Below are positions 37,101 through 48,029 of a stretch of DNA of 64,000 bases, in pieces. The first letter of the stretch is position 1. The number at the start of each line of letters is the position of its first letter. The notes beneath the pieces were generated by a model. The model was given only the letters and a program-made list of their open reading frames with translations. It was not told the origin of the DNA and did no database searches. This DNA comes from a virus. Its lineage: Duplodnaviria > Caudoviricetes. Location of the stretch: the IMG/VR virus record IMGVR_UViG_3300042975_000096; one strand, given 5' to 3'. A program made the position numbers and the translations under genes.

Positions 37101-39412
37101 AAAGTAAAATATCCACTTTTTTTTGCTTTAGCTCTTAACACAGATATACTATCGGTATTATTATAATTTATCTGTAATGTTCTACCAACAAAACGATATA
37201 AATCAGAAGCATTTGACTCCGTTAGATTTGAGCCACCATCTGTTGGATGCTGAAAAACTGTGGCATTTGAACTAATTATTTCAGGATATCTATTGCCATC
37301 ATTTAAATATGTTGCAGCTAAATTCCATAAGGTATCTCCCTCAACAATTACATGAGTTGCAAATGCATTTCCAGTTCCACCTGTACTTTTTTCATTAGAA
37401 ACATACGTAGCTAATTCATTCGTCTCTACAGAACCACTCATCATTTCCGCACCTTTTTGTGGCAATCCTCCAGTATGTGCCAATACTGTAGCTGATGCTT
37501 TTGCTTTTAAATATTCTGCATATTCAGGCGTTATTTTCTTTACTTTTTTATTAACGTCTTCTGAACCATTATCAGTTTTTACACCTTTTTTCTTATCTGA
37601 TTCTGCTTTTTCTTCTGCCTGTTTTTCTTCTTTTTTAACTAAATATGTTTTTGAATTAACTGCGAAATATTGCTGAACATCATCAATTTTAACTTGGTCT
37701 AATAATCCACCTTCTAACTGATTTAACCCCATATTATTTTTAACTAATGCATTTACCCCCAATGCATAATTTGGGCATTTCAAAACAATATTTCCTTCTT
37801 CATCAGCAAAAAATTCTAACAACAATTTCTTTGCAGCTTTATTACATTCCTGCAATCTTTTCTCCATAGTTGCAGTAAATAATGACTCTGAACTTGTTTG
37901 TTTTAATTGATAAGTAAACGGAGGGAACTGAATATTTTCAATTCTATCTTTTAAATACCATGTAGGTATACCTGCATCTAAACACAATCTTCGAATAATC
38001 CAACTTACTGGTTTACCTGCAAATACATTGGTTAATGCCAAATTTCTCCATGAATATCTTAATGCCTCTTTTTGTTCATCCGAAGCCTTTCCTGCACTTT
38101 CAACCCCTAAATGCTGTGCAACCGCATATGGATTAAACAATTCAAACGTTCCAAAGTGTTTTGTATCTTGTGCAGAAAATCTCAAATCTAAACCATTTGA
38201 GCCTGATGCTCCAGGTGTCATTGAAGGGTTCATTGTTACATATGATAAATCTAATAATTTCAGCTGGTCTGACCCAGTAATACTAATTGTACATCCTGCT
38301 GTTTTACCTGAACTATGAGTTTTGGTAACTGCATCAATATAACCAAAAAATATTTGATTCATTTTGAAATCGCCCGTAGCACTATCTCTTTCAAAATTAG
38401 ATTTTCCATATACCCAAATTTCATCCATTGGTTCCCAGTCACATTTTTCGGCAACCTTCCATCCACTTACTTGATGGTTTTCACCTAATCCCTCATTTTT
38501 GTTACCGTCAGTGTCTCCAGCATTTTGTCCTTGTGTTAATGGCAAAATTAATTCATATTTATCTCCATTCGGTTGTGTTACATAAACCGTTCCTGTAATG
38601 CCATCATCATTTTTTCTTGTTTTGAATGTTGCTCCACCTAATGATTTACCATCATCGCGATTCCAAAAAGATTCACCAGTCTTATTTGCTTGTGCCAATA
38701 CATCTTCATTATTTTTTACCTGGGTTGCATCTGTTGTTGTTCCCATAGAACTAGGATTAGCAACATCTTTTGCTAATTGCGCATTATTATCAGGGAATTC
38801 ACCACTAACCATTGTACTTAATGTTGGCGTTCCTGCTGAAACAACAGAACTATGTTCATAACAAAAAACTCTTTCTGCCCCTTGTAAATCAATCTGACAA
38901 GTACCCATTGAACCAGCAATACTATGCGACGTTCTTAATGCAGTAAAATTATCTAATTTATATGTACGAACATAATGTCCATCACCAATTTGACCTGCCT
39001 CATCGCCTTTTTGCAATGTCATGTTAACTTGTGCATTTGCTGCATAAAATAATTTTTTCCTGATTAATACTACATAATCCTGTTTAAAATTAACAATCTT
39101 TATATTGCCTGTTCCAGAAGCGTATTGCATTTGAGTACCTTCTAGAATTTGCGGATAATCATATTTTTTAAAATTTGCTCCAGAAAGTATATTTTTTGAC
39201 ATTGACCATACTTCTGAGCCAGCAACCTCCCCCGGATTTGAAAAGTCTTCGTCATTTAATACCTTCGGCTGGCTATCAGAAGTCTGTTCTTTTGCTTTTG
39301 CTTCCGCATCTTGCTTATTTTTTGCAGGGTCAGAATTTTTTTTTGTATCCGTTTTTGTTTTATCAGTTGTTGTACCAGTTGTTGTATCAGTATTTTTATT
39401 TTCTTCTGCCAA
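34124..39412 (-). CDS. Large baseplate hub/tail protein with LysM domain
   Basis: 1762 aa. Hub-like QIFFGYID...ITGSDQLKLL, EFFADEEGNIV and IKIGNPV; LysM HVIVEGDTLWNLAATYL at ~37270-37355. Confidence 0.72.
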   Translation of the reverse strand: MAEENKNTDTTTGTTTDKTKTDTKKNSDPAKNKQDAEAKAKEQTSDSQPKVLNDEDFSNPGEVAGSEVWSMSKNILSGANFKKYDYPQILEGTQMQYASGTGNIKIVNFKQDYVVLIRKKLFYAANAQVNMTLQKGDEAGQIGDGHYVRTYKLDNFTALRTSHSIAGSMGTCQIDLQGAERVFCYEHSSVVSAGTPTLSTMVSGEFPDNNAQLAKDVANPSSMGTTTDATQVKNNEDVLAQANKTGESFWNRDDGKSLGGATFKTRKNDDGITGTVYVTQPNGDKYELILPLTQGQNAGDTDGNKNEGLGENHQVSGWKVAEKCDWEPMDEIWVYGKSNFERDSATGDFKMNQIFFGYIDAVTKTHSSGKTAGCTISITGSDQLKLLDLSYVTMNPSMTPGASGSNGLDLRFSAQDTKHFGTFELFNPYAVAQHLGVESAGKASDEQKEALRYSWRNLALTNVFAGKPVSWIIRRLCLDAGIPTWYLKDRIENIQFPPFTYQLKQTSSESLFTATMEKRLQECNKAAKKLLLEFFADEEGNIVLKCPNYALGVNALVKNNMGLNQLEGGLLDQVKIDDVQQYFAVNSKTYLVKKEEKQAEEKAESDKKKGVKTDNGSEDVNKKVKKITPEYAEYLKAKASATVLAHTGGLPQKGAEMMSGSVETNELATYVSNEKSTGGTGNAFATHVIVEGDTLWNLAATYLNDGNRYPEIISSNATVFQHPTDGGSNLTESNASDLYRFVGRTLQINYNNTDSISVLRAKAKKSGYFTLESSKDGKTKDSSLPPETQEQYDNVTRSYYDNTLSELTDALIPEIPQEYIMSFSLTDTDKGIYNMYEVNIEGDFGVFDKGGPVEQLRRVFPDIPSMIRFGCRPMPNTITFPYMGNKENAHMLAFMMVANSLARRNSATMNMIEDSFIKIGNPVRFFAYDEHPDNPIYPQTEKSAMESTLIANGRNGNSGTFAETTSTSLKPVWDSFQQLEKSSVKQESENGKPKAVEKTTTVNATTGTAVTTEGTVTKTNENSQKSTKTTADKTATESAKNDKNNDSQTDKNTKPATDAKAGDKSKNTETDLVDVKPGGDLNQSISAATQMHSSYNGVKASQLAMTTNAQSIYYVEQISRSIGVAKESTMTLTLTCGRMMGKPSCIDHMLLLYKTYYDPMLGYCPDLGKLQAIRLKYDKNTQSHLVLPGDTLMVILGAVYKVDLSESQLSPKEVASEAVPDENSTIVLKDKNAWDKKTYADGWVKRTSEVTGKCYQMIDGKGKLLYEFKYYLYDNDKTAWVFLKKTPTDKDFIWDSETTANVTNGGVESYKEHAEGCITYLMQKEATDKGARSEFRNVADRKDFAEKSPDFQVSAPKATRAQLLAEELMHAIIALNTEVFGSSLEISYTQFELELQQQQGKSIVIPNVLDIGADNAFPESKSDKKDLTADEKEKYDGRNITKYEYKDGDNAVTEYVEKIDNANSIRKKIIKDSNGNVVETSTERIADDMLSEKTITKKIVDKNGKEKAITTTERYSDAVKGKIVSTSCIVGDFDSSTNEVTNGKQYNVEGKLEVTDTITNSIKDGTYDSVITKETGSQAKTIKTVDTSEAKNARTTNSEKTSSKQEEKSQTTSKEDQQTGNNKQVEQQSATSVAQEMASDSGTSNLDRQNGVEDKFNSIKNQKLLASSSEWKDLQSLTSEYQMVKVNFARSKSYAIALYKKQYGKNPPDGWLKTQEATDYGFNASLGKKMNQLGDTATAQCAKLAKDYNVNLDMYKLNFYFR

Positions 39413-39430
39413 AAAAATCTACTCCCTTCA

Positions 39431-41158
39431 TTAATTTGTCTTAGTTGCACTTCCACCTTGTGTTGGTGGTGTTGTGTTTGTAGAGCTACTTGTTGATGTA
39501 CTTGCTGATGTACTTGCTGATGCGCTTGCTGCTGATGCGCTTGCTGCTGATGCGCTTGAACTTGTATTTTGGGTTGATTTATCACTCTTCGGTGTAAATA
39601 AATTATTCATCACCGTACCTGCCAATACTGTTGTAAATAAATTACGCAATGAAGCACCACCGCCAGTAGCAGTCGTTGAAGTTAAATCAGGCTTATCTAC
39701 TTTTACTTGTCGTGTAACCGTAAATTGCATTTCATAATAAATCAATGGCGTTTCTGCTGATTTATTATAAGAAAACGAATCAAAATGACCAATATAAATT
39801 CTATCATCAAAATAAATAATTACCTGTCTAGGTCTATACGCATCCGTCAATTGGTCTTCTATATCTGACCAATTCGTTGCTGCCCTATTATGGTCAATTG
39901 TATGTTGCGCATTATAAGCTTGCACGGTACTAACCACATTATTTAATTCAGTTGCAGTCATGTTACCTAATGTATAATAATTTCCGCTAGTTGCTTTCAT
40001 TGGAAATGCAGTATCTTTTGCTCCTGTAAAATTACCCGTTAGCATTTGTAATACACCAGTTAATAAATTACCTGTTCCACCATTCATTTGAGTCATAATG
40101 GATTTTAAATTATCATTTCTAGCACTACCACCAAATAAACCAAGAACTAAATCTGCTGCAATACTACTAGTAATTGCAGAAGATGTTGTACCCATTCCTG
40201 TCTGTAATTCTTTAAGAACCACATTAAACATTCCTTTGAAATTAGTAGCATCGCCTGTTGTATCCGCTGCTGCTTTCATTAAATTTGTTAAATTCGTTGA
40301 AGTGCTTGCTGTTTGTGCAGTCTGATTATATAATCCACTCAAATTTAATCCAGCATTTGCAACTGCGTTAAATAAATTTGCATTACTTTTTGCATTAGCT
40401 GTTTTTGTTCCAAATATTTTTGCACCCAAAGAACGGTTAGGGTCTCCTGTATAACCTAACCATTCTGAAGTAGCCCCCATAACTTTTCCTAAATATTTTG
40501 ATATTGGAGATTTACTTCCTTTAAGTGAATCTAACATTCCTGTTAACGAATCAGATATTGAAGCACTTTTTGCAGATGAAGAACCACTTAAACTTGTTAT
40601 TTGATTTGTATGTACCGTTGATACACTAATATTCTGATATTTTAACAATGCACCAGAATTATGATACACTTCTTCCAAAGCTTCAATCCCTTTCATTGAA
40701 GCATATCCTACCGTACCACTTAATTTCAAAGTCCAAACATCATCTCCATAATGATGGAAATAAATTCCTCCACGTGTATACACTTTTTGTTTTACCTTTG
40801 CTGTTGTTATACTTAACTTAGACGGATTTATATACATAACAATCTCTTTCTTTTCTGTTGGAGTTTGATAGTATTCTAATGACATAGGAACACGTTCTTT
40901 TAATGACATATATCTATCAGCTGCCATTTGTGCAGCGCCTAAATTACTTGTAACATAATTGTTATATCTAGAAAAATGTTCCATATATGTTTTTGTATTA
41001 ACAACCGTTGATAAATTGCCGACAATTGTTCCTGGAATATTAATAGCCGAGCTTATATTGTTTGTTCCACTACTTGTTGAGGAATCATCTTTTCTTAATG
41101 CATTTGATAACAATATTGTACCAACATTTGCTAAAATATTATAATCCAACTTCTTCAC
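39431..41158 (-). CDS. Tail-tube initiator/baseplate-proximal protein
   Basis: MYINPSKL..., LKLSGTVG, YIGHFDSFSY...YYEMQFTV with a long Ser/Thr/Ala insert; lies directly after the tape-measure-like genes. Confidence 0.6.
   Translation of the reverse strand: MKKLDYNILANVGTILLSNALRKDDSSTSSGTNNISSAINIPGTIVGNLSTVVNTKTYMEHFSRYNNYVTSNLGAAQMAADRYMSLKERVPMSLEYYQTPTEKKEIVMYINPSKLSITTAKVKQKVYTRGGIYFHHYGDDVWTLKLSGTVGYASMKGIEALEEVYHNSGALLKYQNISVSTVHTNQITSLSGSSSAKSASISDSLTGMLDSLKGSKSPISKYLGKVMGATSEWLGYTGDPNRSLGAKIFGTKTANAKSNANLFNAVANAGLNLSGLYNQTAQTASTSTNLTNLMKAAADTTGDATNFKGMFNVVLKELQTGMGTTSSAITSSIAADLVLGLFGGSARNDNLKSIMTQMNGGTGNLLTGVLQMLTGNFTGAKDTAFPMKATSGNYYTLGNMTATELNNVVSTVQAYNAQHTIDHNRAATNWSDIEDQLTDAYRPRQVIIYFDDRIYIGHFDSFSYNKSAETPLIYYEMQFTVTRQVKVDKPDLTSTTATGGGASLRNLFTTVLAGTVMNNLFTPKSDKSTQNTSSSASAASASAASASASTSASTSTSSSTNTTPPTQGGSATKTN
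39489..39560. repeat. Coding tandem repeat (12/15-nt units) encoding a Ser/Ala/Thr linker
   Basis: CTTGCTGATGTA and CTTGCTGCTGATGCG units. Confidence 0.8.
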
Positions 41159-41198
41159 CTACCTATAAAAACAATACAGTAAAAAATAAAATTAATGA

Positions 41199-44100
41199 TT
41201 ATACATTCTTAATATTTACGAGATTAACATCACATTTTATTGATTCTAAAAATGCTTTTATCTTTGCTGCCATTTCTTCACTTGATTTCCCTTTTTTCAA
41301 TTGTCCTGTTATTGCCATTGCAGCAGTACGCTCACCTTTTTGCATTTGTTCTAATTTTTGCTTCTGCAATTCTCGCATAGACATTTCCATTGTATCTTGT
41401 TGGCTTTTCAAATTAGCTTTCGTCGCATCCTCTACTTGTTTTAACGACCTCTTTGCAGCATCATCTGTTGCCTTTTGTGCACTTTCATGATATTTAGAAA
41501 TATATGTTTCATTTTTCGGTTTTTGTGCATCCATTGCTTCATAACGTTTGCGTATTTCATCTATAGATTCAAATTTACTACCAATATCCACATACATTCC
41601 ATCCACAATTCTTCCTTGCCCTGTTTTACCACTAGAAACACCCATAGATTGCAATGCATTCGCAAAACGTTTCGCGTTATCTTCTGCCTGTTCTGATAAT
41701 GTTTTTGGCTTAAAATTCTTCAGCAAACCGCTTAAATCACCTGAACCAAATGCGCCTAAATTAACACCCCTATTTTTTAATTGTGCCAAAACGCTTTCAA
41801 ACGTTGCCAAATACTTTGATTCCAGTGTTGTAAAATATCCATTTTGTGCCAAAATATGAACAAATGCAGCTGCATCGCCTCTATTTGCTGCTGCTGCCAA
41901 TGCTTGTCTATCTTTAGCATAAGCAATAGAATGGTCTGCCATAAAATTAGCAGCCTCTTCCAGGCTATTAAACGTAGCATAACCACCGTCACCTGCATTA
42001 CCATAATTGTATCCTGGTTTATGTTGATTAAGCATACCCCATCCTGATTCAGATATTAACTGTGCCAAAATATAATCAGCTCTAACACCAGTTTTTGCAG
42101 AAACAATTTTACAATATTGAACCATTTCAGAATCTTGTGGTAAATCACCCATCAAATTATCTGTAGGCGTTGTTGAAGGGGAAGAATTATCTGGACCATA
42201 TCCTGTAGGAACATCCCCATTCATATAACCTAAAGCTCTATTTAAATAATGGCTTGTTGTAACCGAATCAGCAGCTTCATATATATCACTACCATTTTCT
42301 CTTGCTGCTTCAACAGCATTATCAACAGCCCCTTCACCTGCATTATAAGCTGCTATTGCTAATCGATAATCGCCATTATATTTATCTAAAAGGTCTCTAA
42401 ACATTGTTGCTCCAAGATTAATGTTTTCAGAAGTATTCATGTTGAGGACTTCAGGATGCCATTGAGGATTTATTTGCATAAACCCATATCCACCTACATC
42501 ATAACCACCATCATTATCATAATCATGTAACCCTAATATTTGACCACTATGCTCACTTAATGCTATCGCAGCAAATGCATTTGCACTAATTCCATGTGCA
42601 TTTGCAATATATTCAAGTTCATTAGCCGCTTCAGGACTTTGACTTTGAACTAATGCTAAAGCACTTCCTCCACCGCTACCATCACCAGACCCACCCCTAC
42701 TAGGGTCTTCCTGATATGCTTCTTGTTGCGCTTCTTCTTCAAGTCGTTCTCTTGTTTCTCTTTTTAATATGTCTTCCCAAGAACCATTTTCGCCACCACT
42801 TGTAAGCACTTCTGACCAATTACTCATTATTTTACCAGCAACTGCATTTTCATCTGTTCCACTACCAAACGTTAAACCTGCCAATTCATCATTTAGTGGT
42901 TGCAAATCACCCTGTTTACATCTTGCATAACTGGCAATCTGTTCCATTTCATGTTGTTCTTTTTTTAATTGCTTATATTTATTATAATTATCGGCATCAC
43001 TTATATCAGGTTCTCCATCAAATTCTTCTAATTGATTTGTAACTTTGTTATAATGTTCTTGAGCAGCTTTTTCAATACCTGCATAATATTCAACTGGACT
43101 ATCTGGATTAAATATTGTATTAAATTTAGTTTCAACACTTTCTTTCTCTTGTTCATTCAGTTGTACATTTTTATATGGCTTGTTCCCTCTACGATTTCTA
43201 TTTGCCAGTGCAGCTCTTCTTTTATACTCTGCAAACGCTTGCTGTGCTGTTGCTAAAAGAACCGCCAACGATACGTGAGCTTTTGTAAAATCGTCCATCA
43301 TTTGTTTGAATATTCTTTTTTCAGAAGCGTTAAGAGAATCATAATCAATTCCATTTTCTGCTAAGAATTGTTTGATTGCACGTCCTTGTTCTGTATCGGA
43401 CTTTATCAAATCAATCATTGAATGCCCATACATATCTGTATCTGCATTCAAAGTTTTTAAAAATTCCATATTTGCAGCAGAAACCTTATTACCGATTCCC
43501 AACAGCTCTTTTAATTTATCTCCACCCTTAGAAGCAAAACTACTTGCTGCCATTCCTGCAATTGGAGCTACATATTTTCCAACAACAGGTATTCTAGATG
43601 CTGCTCCACTAGCTAATGCATATGCACCGCCCTCTACTGCCGTATCAACACCAACTCTTGCAACGTGTTCATACCACGGTCTAGTTTCACCATTTGAAAA
43701 TTCGTTTAATGCAGAAAACAAACCTGTCATTGCAAATGTTCCTCTATTGTCTTTCAAGAACCCTTTTATCCTATTAAACACTTTCATTCCAATAGATTGT
43801 GACCTTGCTTTTAATTCAGCTTGTTTTTTCACTAATTGTTTTGTTTCTTTATCATATTTCATCTTTTCTCCCATCAATGCATGGGCTTTTGCTAAATTAC
43901 GATTCCTTTTTTTATCATTGTTTTTTTCTAATTCTTTTACTTCTTTTTCTATTGCTTCAGATACTTTTTTGTTTTTACTAAATCCTCTTGTTACGGCAAC
44001 CGTAGCCAAACCTAATGTCCCATAATACAAATAATTGCTGAATCCTGTAGAAGCTACATAATCTCTTATTTTATTATCTTGATGCAAATCTACAGGACTA

Positions 44101-47100
44101 CCATCTTTATTAACAAACTGCATTTTAGCCGTTCCTGAATCAAACATATCAGCCATAGTTTGTACATACGTTTCATCTGATTCCCCTGCACCAAGTTCAG
44201 CAGCTTCACTTTTTCCTGAATTTGCAAGAGTAGCACCACCAATCAACGCAAGTAATCCTAATTTTCCTTTTTTTCCTTTGAATATGTTAGGGATTTTACC
44301 AAATAATTTTGAAGCCTTGTTTTTTAGTCCACTGAAAAAACCACCTGTTTTTGACTTTGCTTTTTCAGCGACTTCCTCAACTTCATCAACTGTTTTATTT
44401 GATACATTTGTTTTTTTATTCCACCAATTTTTAATTCCACGTTTTGCACCATGTAAAGCTAATGCACCTAAACCAAAAGCCCCTGCACCCATAGCTAATG
44501 TTTTCCATGGATTATGTGCTGCCCATAACAATGCACTATGAACAATAGGACTCTTTGATAACTCGCCAAGGAATTTTATTATTTTTGTAATTCCTTTAGC
44601 CATCGCATCGATTATCTTTTTCATTTTATTTGCTAAATCATCCATTTGTTTCTTATATTTTGTATTAATTAATTCAGCTAATTTATTCGCTTCTAATACT
44701 CGCGTTGCTTTTATCTTTTGCATTTCAGATAATTGTTTTCCTGCTTTTGCAAGCGAGTCCTCAAAACCTTTTAATCCTTTTTCAACGTTTTCACTTTTAT
44801 GAAGTTCTTCTTCATCCATTCCTGCTAAATATTTTCCTGCTCCCTCTGTATCGCCATTGGAGAGTTTTGATGTTAAGACGGATGCATTTTTTTGTGTCAT
44901 TCCATCTCCCATCATGCTTTGCATCATGACAAAATTACTTATTCCGTCAGATACCCCAAGACCGCTATTTAGCATATTATATTTCATGTTTAGGCGTTCG
45001 CCCATCATTTTATATCTATTTTTAAACGGGTCTCCGTTTTCATCAGCAACCATTAATGCGCTTCCCATAGCTGCCCACATGCTACCTGTTTGCCCAGCCA
45101 TTACCGCATAATATGCATTTGTTTTATTTTTGCTAAAATTAGTTTGTACTGTTGCAATATTTGTTGTAAGATTTACCGCATCTTCAACACGCATTCCATC
45201 ATCAACCATACTTGAAACCATATTAATAGCAAGATTTCCACCAAATCCCATGTTACGCAATGTATCCGTTAAACGAGAAACCTGTTTCATATATTTTTCT
45301 ACAGGAACTTGTGCCTTTTGTGCATCTGCCATAACGGTATAAATCGTAGTCGTTGCGGTTTCTGCATCTGAACGATTATTTTTGTACCAAGTATTTAATG
45401 CTTCTGCCATCGTTCCATTACTTATGCCATACAAATTTGCAGGAGCAAATAAAGTATGAGTAAAATAATTTAAATCTCGTGCATTTGCATTTGGGTTTGA
45501 ATTATAAGAACCACCAACTTGTTTAGCTAAATCTCTGTACATTTTTGATGGTTCATCAAAATCAACCATTCCATAAGTCATGGCATAATATTTATTACCC
45601 ATATTGTATGTCAAATCTCTTGCTCCACTTGCGCCATTTGCGCCAATAGAATAATTCGACATATAATTATTGTATAATGATTGACCGTTTTTCTTATAAC
45701 GGTCTTTTACAATATCTAAAAAACTCGTAGCAGAAAAAAGACCACCCATGCCAAGCATTGCCAATCCTTTTCCTATTACTCCCCAAACACTAGATACATC
45801 TTTAAATAATTCTTTATAGAAACTTACTTCTTTATTATTAATTGCCTCATCTAAATCATCACGTTCGTTTTCTAATTTTTCTAATTGTTCTTTTAATGCA
45901 GATACAACTTTTGAATCAGGGTCTATTAATGACTGTGCATTTATTGCCTTTACTGTATCATCAATTGCTGTTTCAATCGTTTTTCTGACTTCAGAAGCTG
46001 TTTTTTTATCTTGTTTGTTTGAAAAATGTTTTAAACCAAGTTTACTTACATTATCTGCGACATCAATAACTGCATTATTTGTTCTCATTTGATTATTAAT
46101 CAAAAGTTGACTGTTTTGAGCCAGTATATTACTCTTACTAAAATGTTTCCCACTTGCCATATCAACTGAGTTTTGAACAGTGTCATGCGCTTGACTTGCA
46201 TAAGAATATACTCTATCTAGATTATCAACGCTATCGCTAAAACTATCTGAAAACAACGAATTACTATTTCGTCTAGACATATTTAATTCATTAAGCATAG
46301 CTGTTGCACTATGATTAAATCCCATTGAAGCTAATTCACGACCAGCCATTTCTGTCGTTATTTGAGAATTACTATCAACGTTTTTAAATTCACTAACTAA
46401 TGAAGTTAATTCTTGTTGCGCTGATTTTTTATAATTCTCGTGTATATGCCTAATTGCATCAGCCATAGAATCTTCAGATAAGCTAAAATCATAAGTCTGA
46501 CCTAATACATCTGATACTTCATTTATTAACGGTTTTACTACTGTTAATTCTTTTTGAATCTTATCAACTCTAGAAAAAACCTCATTGAATTTTTCAAAAT
46601 CAAAATCTTGTGTACTTTTAGAAAAACCCATGATTGTTTGCTGTGCAAGTTCATGTACTTGTTTTAAGTTCTCTAAATATCCAGATATATTTCCTTGTTG
46701 CCGATTATTTTTTATATTATTTTTTACTTCTTCAATTTTACCAACAATAGTTAATGCATCAATATTTGGTGTATCACCTGTCATTTGCAACAACATTGTA
46801 TTTGATTTAGCAATGTTATCATATAAGTGACTCATTGTTTGCGAAATTGAAGTCAAAATACGTGAATCAGTTTTATTAACAATATTTTGGTCATTAATAA
46901 TATTTGATTCAATTTTAGTTTTATTAATTGTTTCCGCAGAATTTAATAAAGCACTTCTTATTTTCTTCGTATTGTCAATAAGTCGTACTAAAGAATCCCC
47001 TGCTTGCGAATAATTATTATGTATATCATTCAAAACTTTCAAATCAAACATTTTAGATAAGCTATTTAAAAGTTTTTCTGAATCCCCTGATAATTTATTA

Positions 47101-47468
47101 TTATTTTCATTAATCATACTCATGGAATTCTTAACGACTTCCATAACAGCTTTTTGCAATTTAACATTTACTTTCTGTAAAGACCCATAACTTGCTGTCT
47201 TTGTTCCATCGCCAAAAGACTGATATGTTTCAATTGCAGATTCAATATTTTGCAATTGTTGTTTGATATTTAAATATTTATTAATAACATTTCTGTTTGT
47301 GTCGGAAGTCCTTAAAGAAATTATTGTTTGATTAACTGAATTTAACAACGAAGCAACATTACTCAGTCCTTCAGACACATTCTTTAATCCATCATCACTT
47401 TTTATATTTTGTTGTATTATAGAAATTATTGATTCTTTTGTATCTGTAGCCATTTCACATTTCTCCAT
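41199..47468 (-). CDS. Tape-measure-like protein 1 with lytic transglycosylase (SLT) and GH73 glucosaminidase-like domains
   Basis: 2089 aa, largely helical; SEHSG...GFMQINP...AIAAYNAGEGAV (SLT); ILAQLISESGWG...NYGN...FNSLEEA...GYFT (GH73-like). Confidence 0.82.
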   Translation of the reverse strand: MEKCEMATDTKESIISIIQQNIKSDDGLKNVSEGLSNVASLLNSVNQTIISLRTSDTNRNVINKYLNIKQQLQNIESAIETYQSFGDGTKTASYGSLQKVNVKLQKAVMEVVKNSMSMINENNNKLSGDSEKLLNSLSKMFDLKVLNDIHNNYSQAGDSLVRLIDNTKKIRSALLNSAETINKTKIESNIINDQNIVNKTDSRILTSISQTMSHLYDNIAKSNTMLLQMTGDTPNIDALTIVGKIEEVKNNIKNNRQQGNISGYLENLKQVHELAQQTIMGFSKSTQDFDFEKFNEVFSRVDKIQKELTVVKPLINEVSDVLGQTYDFSLSEDSMADAIRHIHENYKKSAQQELTSLVSEFKNVDSNSQITTEMAGRELASMGFNHSATAMLNELNMSRRNSNSLFSDSFSDSVDNLDRVYSYASQAHDTVQNSVDMASGKHFSKSNILAQNSQLLINNQMRTNNAVIDVADNVSKLGLKHFSNKQDKKTASEVRKTIETAIDDTVKAINAQSLIDPDSKVVSALKEQLEKLENERDDLDEAINNKEVSFYKELFKDVSSVWGVIGKGLAMLGMGGLFSATSFLDIVKDRYKKNGQSLYNNYMSNYSIGANGASGARDLTYNMGNKYYAMTYGMVDFDEPSKMYRDLAKQVGGSYNSNPNANARDLNYFTHTLFAPANLYGISNGTMAEALNTWYKNNRSDAETATTTIYTVMADAQKAQVPVEKYMKQVSRLTDTLRNMGFGGNLAINMVSSMVDDGMRVEDAVNLTTNIATVQTNFSKNKTNAYYAVMAGQTGSMWAAMGSALMVADENGDPFKNRYKMMGERLNMKYNMLNSGLGVSDGISNFVMMQSMMGDGMTQKNASVLTSKLSNGDTEGAGKYLAGMDEEELHKSENVEKGLKGFEDSLAKAGKQLSEMQKIKATRVLEANKLAELINTKYKKQMDDLANKMKKIIDAMAKGITKIIKFLGELSKSPIVHSALLWAAHNPWKTLAMGAGAFGLGALALHGAKRGIKNWWNKKTNVSNKTVDEVEEVAEKAKSKTGGFFSGLKNKASKLFGKIPNIFKGKKGKLGLLALIGGATLANSGKSEAAELGAGESDETYVQTMADMFDSGTAKMQFVNKDGSPVDLHQDNKIRDYVASTGFSNYLYYGTLGLATVAVTRGFSKNKKVSEAIEKEVKELEKNNDKKRNRNLAKAHALMGEKMKYDKETKQLVKKQAELKARSQSIGMKVFNRIKGFLKDNRGTFAMTGLFSALNEFSNGETRPWYEHVARVGVDTAVEGGAYALASGAASRIPVVGKYVAPIAGMAASSFASKGGDKLKELLGIGNKVSAANMEFLKTLNADTDMYGHSMIDLIKSDTEQGRAIKQFLAENGIDYDSLNASEKRIFKQMMDDFTKAHVSLAVLLATAQQAFAEYKRRAALANRNRRGNKPYKNVQLNEQEKESVETKFNTIFNPDSPVEYYAGIEKAAQEHYNKVTNQLEEFDGEPDISDADNYNKYKQLKKEQHEMEQIASYARCKQGDLQPLNDELAGLTFGSGTDENAVAGKIMSNWSEVLTSGGENGSWEDILKRETRERLEEEAQQEAYQEDPSRGGSGDGSGGGSALALVQSQSPEAANELEYIANAHGISANAFAAIALSEHSGQILGLHDYDNDGGYDVGGYGFMQINPQWHPEVLNMNTSENINLGATMFRDLLDKYNGDYRLAIAAYNAGEGAVDNAVEAARENGSDIYEAADSVTTSHYLNRALGYMNGDVPTGYGPDNSSPSTTPTDNLMGDLPQDSEMVQYCKIVSAKTGVRADYILAQLISESGWGMLNQHKPGYNYGNAGDGGYATFNSLEEAANFMADHSIAYAKDRQALAAAANRGDAAAFVHILAQNGYFTTLESKYLATFESVLAQLKNRGVNLGAFGSGDLSGLLKNFKPKTLSEQAEDNAKRFANALQSMGVSSGKTGQGRIVDGMYVDIGSKFESIDEIRKRYEAMDAQKPKNETYISKYHESAQKATDDAAKRSLKQVEDATKANLKSQQDTMEMSMRELQKQKLEQMQKGERTAAMAITGQLKKGKSSEEMAAKIKAFLESIKCDVNLVNIKNV

Positions 47469-47469
47469 T

Positions 47470-47505
47470 AAAAAAAATTACATCTATTAAAAAAATAGAT
47501 GTAAT
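47470..47505 (-). terminator. Probable intrinsic terminator
   Basis: ATTACATCTATT...AATAGATGTAAT with A-tract. Confidence 0.6.
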
Positions 47506-47525
47506 CATTAAAACTATGAGCATTG

Positions 47526-47963
47526 TTATGCATCAATTGAAGCATTTTTACTTGCTGTTTCTTTTTTCGTTGTCTTTTTGTCAAGATTTTTGAGTTCGTC
47601 ATCTTTCTTCTGACGAATAACCTCAAATTCTCTATACAAGTCATTAACAATCGTTGGATTAACTCCATTAAACAAAATTTCCTTTTCTGCTTCGCCAATT
47701 TCTTGACCATCAATTGTTATAAGTGCTCTTTCAAGAATTTCAATCTGCATCTTATACATACGAGTAATTTCATCACGATAATCTGGACCTGAACTGTTTT
47801 TCAGAGCACTCAAATATTCCTCAGAGGAAATTAATTTGAATCCCCACGTTTTACCATAACGAACTACGTCTTCAGTATCTTGTCCAATATTTACTAAGTC
47901 CTCAATCATTTGAGACACAAGTTTATTTGTTTTAGCTGGCATTTTATCACCGGCTCCTTTCAC
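47526..47963 (-). CDS. Putative tail assembly chaperone (short paralogue)
   Basis: WGFKL...ALITID...IVNDLYREF, similar to the N-terminus of 60185-61159. Confidence 0.6.
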   Translation of the reverse strand: MKGAGDKMPAKTNKLVSQMIEDLVNIGQDTEDVVRYGKTWGFKLISSEEYLSALKNSSGPDYRDEITRMYKMQIEILERALITIDGQEIGEAEKEILFNGVNPTIVNDLYREFEVIRQKKDDELKNLDKKTTKKETASKNASIDA

Positions 47964-48029
47964 AATAATTGTTTATTTCTTTCTGCTACATAGGAAATAT
48001 ATTATACTCAACAAAAAATAATAGTATGT

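Noticed and set aside
47468-47713. Programmed frameshift extension of the short chaperone into the 81-aa overlapping ORF
   Set aside because: That ORF is not in the -1 frame, no convincing slippery heptamer was found, and it runs through a terminator hairpin
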